From assembly GCA_051453625.1 (NCBI GenBank), contig JBOZIK010000001.1, positions 32,312,804-32,353,889 on the forward strand: 41,086 nucleotides of DNA. The letters are read 5' to 3'. Below are positions 37,558 to 41,086 of the stretch, in pieces. Made by a program: the position numbers and the translations under genes. The number at the start of each line of letters is the position of its first letter. Position 1 is the stretch's first letter. The notes under the pieces were generated by a model that had not been told where the DNA came from, ran no database searches, and saw only the letters and a program-made list of their open reading frames with translations. Origin of the DNA: Welwitschia mirabilis. Lineage: Eukaryota.

Positions 37558-38813
37558 TGTTGTGATACCAAATTGTATGTATTTAATAATGTATTTTAAG
37601 TAGTTTTATGGGACATTAGATAGGTTTATGCTAAGTTTCAATGATAATGAAGAGCTAAGGAAAATATCATGAAAACATACAATCTTTATTACTTTTGATA
37701 GTATTTCAAGAAAATTACAATACGTATCTGAAGTAAGAATCCTATAATCAAAGAGGATGATTTAATATAAGAGACATATTTAAAAGACTGTCATCAACCT
37801 AATTGTTTGGATGATAATACGAATGACAAAATAACTCATACTAACTAGGATGCTGACTGGACTAATTTTGTAATTGAAGTGGATCTTGTATGATGTGGGA
37901 TAATCTCCTCTGACATCTGAATGATTAGATGAATGGTATTTATCATGCTATTTTTTATATAGCTATTAGGGTTTTATCACATTTGTTAGTGTTTTCTATT
38001 TTTATAGTATTTATTTATATTAAATATCTCCTTCATCCTTGACTTTGATTTTATCTTCTTTGGTGCAAAAATTCTCATGATAGGAGATCAAAGGGAAGGA
38101 GATACATTCTTTAATTTTTCAAAGAAATGTCTTCCTTAGTGTTAGGTTTTGTATCATTCATTGAGGTGCTACTGCTTTGTAACATGAATGTTGGTTGAAC
38201 TTAATCAAAATTCTATTTTCCTTTTTATATCATTTGCTATATTCATCTTCCTTATGGCTTATGTTTCATTTGATTTCATGACATCTTCATGTGTAATATA
38301 GATCATGACTGTAACATTTATTAAGGTTGATATTATTAGTTTAGGTGCATTGCATTTCATTTTCTAGACTAACTTAGCATTGTTTTCGTATTTTATTTGA
38401 TGCATGTAATAGCTTAGGTTGNNNNNNNNNNTAGGTTTTATTGGTCTGGTAATGGCTTTCTTGATTAATCTAGGTTATATGGGGTTATTTGCTATAATAG
38501 GTTAATTTGGTAATCGAATATATGTTGCATTTAGAGTAGATCTTGCATCTCATTTGCATAGTATGTTTATTTGCATTATAACTTTGCATTGTTTTTTTGG
38601 TTTTACTTAAAAAGTACATTAGTATTTTACTTGAAATCAATTCTCTTTATTTTTGTCTATGCCTTCAATAGAATTATAACATTTGGATCACTCCCATCTA
38701 TATTAGTGTGTTGTCTTATAGAATATATATACTTTTATGATCTTCAGGATTTGTTTAAATATGTAACATTTGCATAGATACACACTGCAACATCTTAGTA
38801 CTACTATCGAGGA
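37558..38813 (+). mobile_element. Athila-like 5' LTR (37558-38792) of the same family, plus decayed PBS; body not seen
   Basis: TGTTGTGATACCAAATTGTATG...TACACACTGCAACA, 1235 bp, homologous to 11676-12914; flanks TAACA/TCTTA are not a TSD; followed by AGTACTACTATCGAGGA, transition-only from Athila PBS GGCGCCGTTGCCGGGGA. Confidence 0.8.
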
Positions 38814-39851
38814 AGGCTACTTGAAGTTCAAGAATTGCCATTGCTCAGATGAGTAGTTTTGATTTTAATAGTAGCATTATATCTTTACATATCATGTCCA
38901 AATTTTTACCTATCATATAAAATTTACAAGTTTATGTTTAATAGAATATTTGGAAAATATTGAATTACATGAAACCCCTAATTGTGGTAAATGCAATGTT
39001 CTTGAAATGCAATTTCATTAAATTTTAATATGAATACACTTTTGATTAAATGTTTGGATTTAATTTCCATATGCTCTTGTGGTGGTAATGATTTCTTTTT
39101 TTTAACTTATGCACTTATGCTAAAATTAATGTATATTTTGAAGACATGTTATTTATCCTTTTTTCCCATTATTAAATGTGAAGCATTATCTTGATTATAT
39201 TATTAAAAACACCCAGTGGCTTGACGATCTTTTATGAGATGTTATGTAACCCCTCTCTTAACCGTTACCTCAGATCATGTCCTTTCATATTCTTGAGTTT
39301 CATCACCCTACTCATGTTCTTTCACTTTAAATATAGTCATTTCTTTCTTGAGTCTAGTTTTATTCTTTCAAAACAATCTTGCCATGAAATTCTTGGAGCT
39401 TAGAAGGCTTAAGATCTCTAAAACACTTTGAATGCCTTTAAACAATGAACTTGCAGGTATGGTTCTTTACTTTTGTATTTCCTTATTGGTCCTTTCTTAT
39501 GTAAATTGTACTGAAATTTGTCATGTGTATGTATGTATTATTTTCTTGTATTTTCTTGATAGTTCTTTCTTGTTTATTATATATTAAAATCGATGCATAC
39601 GTATTCCTATAAGTTAGTTACATTACTTAAATAATAAAAATTCTTTAAAGATGCATATTTCATCTTCATTTACCTTTTCTTGATATCTTGAAGTGATCTT
39701 CTTGAATGAAATAAAAACTCGTGATTAAATCCTATCATATTCATCTTATCATATACTTTTTAAGTCTTGTCGAGGTTGTATGATGTGGTTAAACTTCTCT
39801 TGGCTTCATGATATCATCTTATTGGACTATTTATGATTATAGATTTTTCAT

Positions 39852-40250
39852 AGATCACAAAATGAGGTAGTGGACTTCACATATTGCTAAATGAGGTAGT
39901 GGAGAGAGAATCTCACAGATTGCCGAATTAGGTAATTGGAATATTATATTATCATAGATTACTAAATGAGATAGTGGGGATATTATATTATCACAAATTA
40001 CCAAATGAGGCAGTGGACTTCATAGATCATTAAATAAGGCAGTAAAGTTAATGATGATTGAGATTACATATATGTATTATTATGAGTGCCATAGATTACT
40101 AAATAAGAAAGTGGGCTTTACAGATCACCGAATGAGGTAGTGAAGTTAAATATTATATGAGAAACATAGATCACCAAACGAGGTAGTGGACTTTACAAAT
40201 CCTTGCATAAGGTCGTGAAGTTAGTGATGATTGAGATTGTATATATTATA
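39852..40250 (+). repeat. Array of ten ~22-bp repeats (AGATYACCAAATGAGGYAGTGG) with variable linkers, in a probable Tekay/Del-like LTR
   Basis: Units at ~39852, 39881, 39917, 39956, 39995, 40024, 40093, 40122, 40168, 40197; followed by ACTGGG...CTCATCCC...GACAGGTA, reminiscent of chromovirus LTRs. Confidence 0.8.
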
Positions 40251-41086
40251 TTTGATATTCTTATTTATAACCATGAGTTCATTATTTGTATTATATTTTA
40301 AATTTCTTAAAGTATTAAATTGTCCTTTTGTCTTAATCCTTGAAGAATCTTGCTAAAATACCTATTTTTTCCAAGGCCACACTGGGGCTTTGAGATTTTC
40401 ACAATTCTCATCCCATATCTTTTTGTGACAGGTAAAAAATCTAGAGTTTAATCACTAAGATGGCATGAGTTCATAAAGGATTATTTGATCTATATTGGTG
40501 GAAAAATATCCTGATTTATTTTATCTCTTTGGCTATTAGGGTTAATTACCTAAATATATAAACAATCAATATGTTAATTATTATTATGAATAGAGAAAGA
40601 CTCTATTTATTCATAAGTGTGTGGCTTGCAGTATTTGAAGTTTACTCTAAAATTTTATAATATATGGAATGATGATTTTCCTTCTTGAAATTTTATAATA
40701 AAATTTATTTATTAAAGGTTGTATTTTTTAGTTACTATCTAGTGAAAGCTATTAAATCTTGAATCTTTACCCATATATTTATGAAATATTTTATTGAACA
40801 TTGAATGGAAAAATTGTGGATTCTTGAGAATCTTCTTGGAATAAACCTAAATTTGTGCATTATTATTATATTATAATTGGAAAATTTTATTAAAAAATTT
40901 TGGTAAGATTTCATGACAAGTTGATGTTTTCTTGATTATTTCGGAAGTTTTTAATTTATGTTGATAAATTTTCCTTCAAATGTGAACAAAGGACTCTCCT
41001 GCCTTTCCAAAGAAATTTAAATCCCAAAAAAAAGAAGTTACTTTTCCTCTTGAAATTAATTAAAGGTTGTAGATCAGTTAGAAGTA

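Noticed and set aside
37558-38792. Solo LTR
   Set aside because: Flanks TAACA/TCTTA do not form a TSD and a PBS remnant follows, so it is better read as a 5' LTR
39852-40250. CRISPR array
   Set aside because: Eukaryotic TE context, degenerate repeats, linkers of very unequal length that repeat each other, and no cas genes

Overview
This is very AT-rich eukaryotic DNA from a land plant, probably a seed plant; a gymnosperm/gnetophyte-like genome is only a guess from the TE lineages and extreme GC depletion. It is a gapped assembly. Bases 1-24072 are a nest of heavily deaminated LTR retrotransposons. The outer element is a Sirevirus-like copia carrying gag and an env-like ORF but apparently no pol. 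Inside it sit a full-length copia (TSD CTATA) and an Athila-like gypsy on the minus strand (TSD AAGAT). The gypsy's 3' LTR itself holds an inverted solo LTR of the same family. Bases 24073-35500 contain the only apparently intact gene: a GC/CpG-rich Mx-like dynamin (plant DRP4 family, 27998-29689, +), with a gap over the GTPase core and a C-terminus that stops within the GED. It is surrounded by three diverged, decayed minus-strand copies of a gene that the ORF track misses and that retains NLR-type LRR signatures. Bases 35500-41086 are further LTR fragments, including an orphan Athila 5' LTR with its PBS and a 10-unit repeat array. All alignments and translations were done by eye, and family comparisons are from memory.
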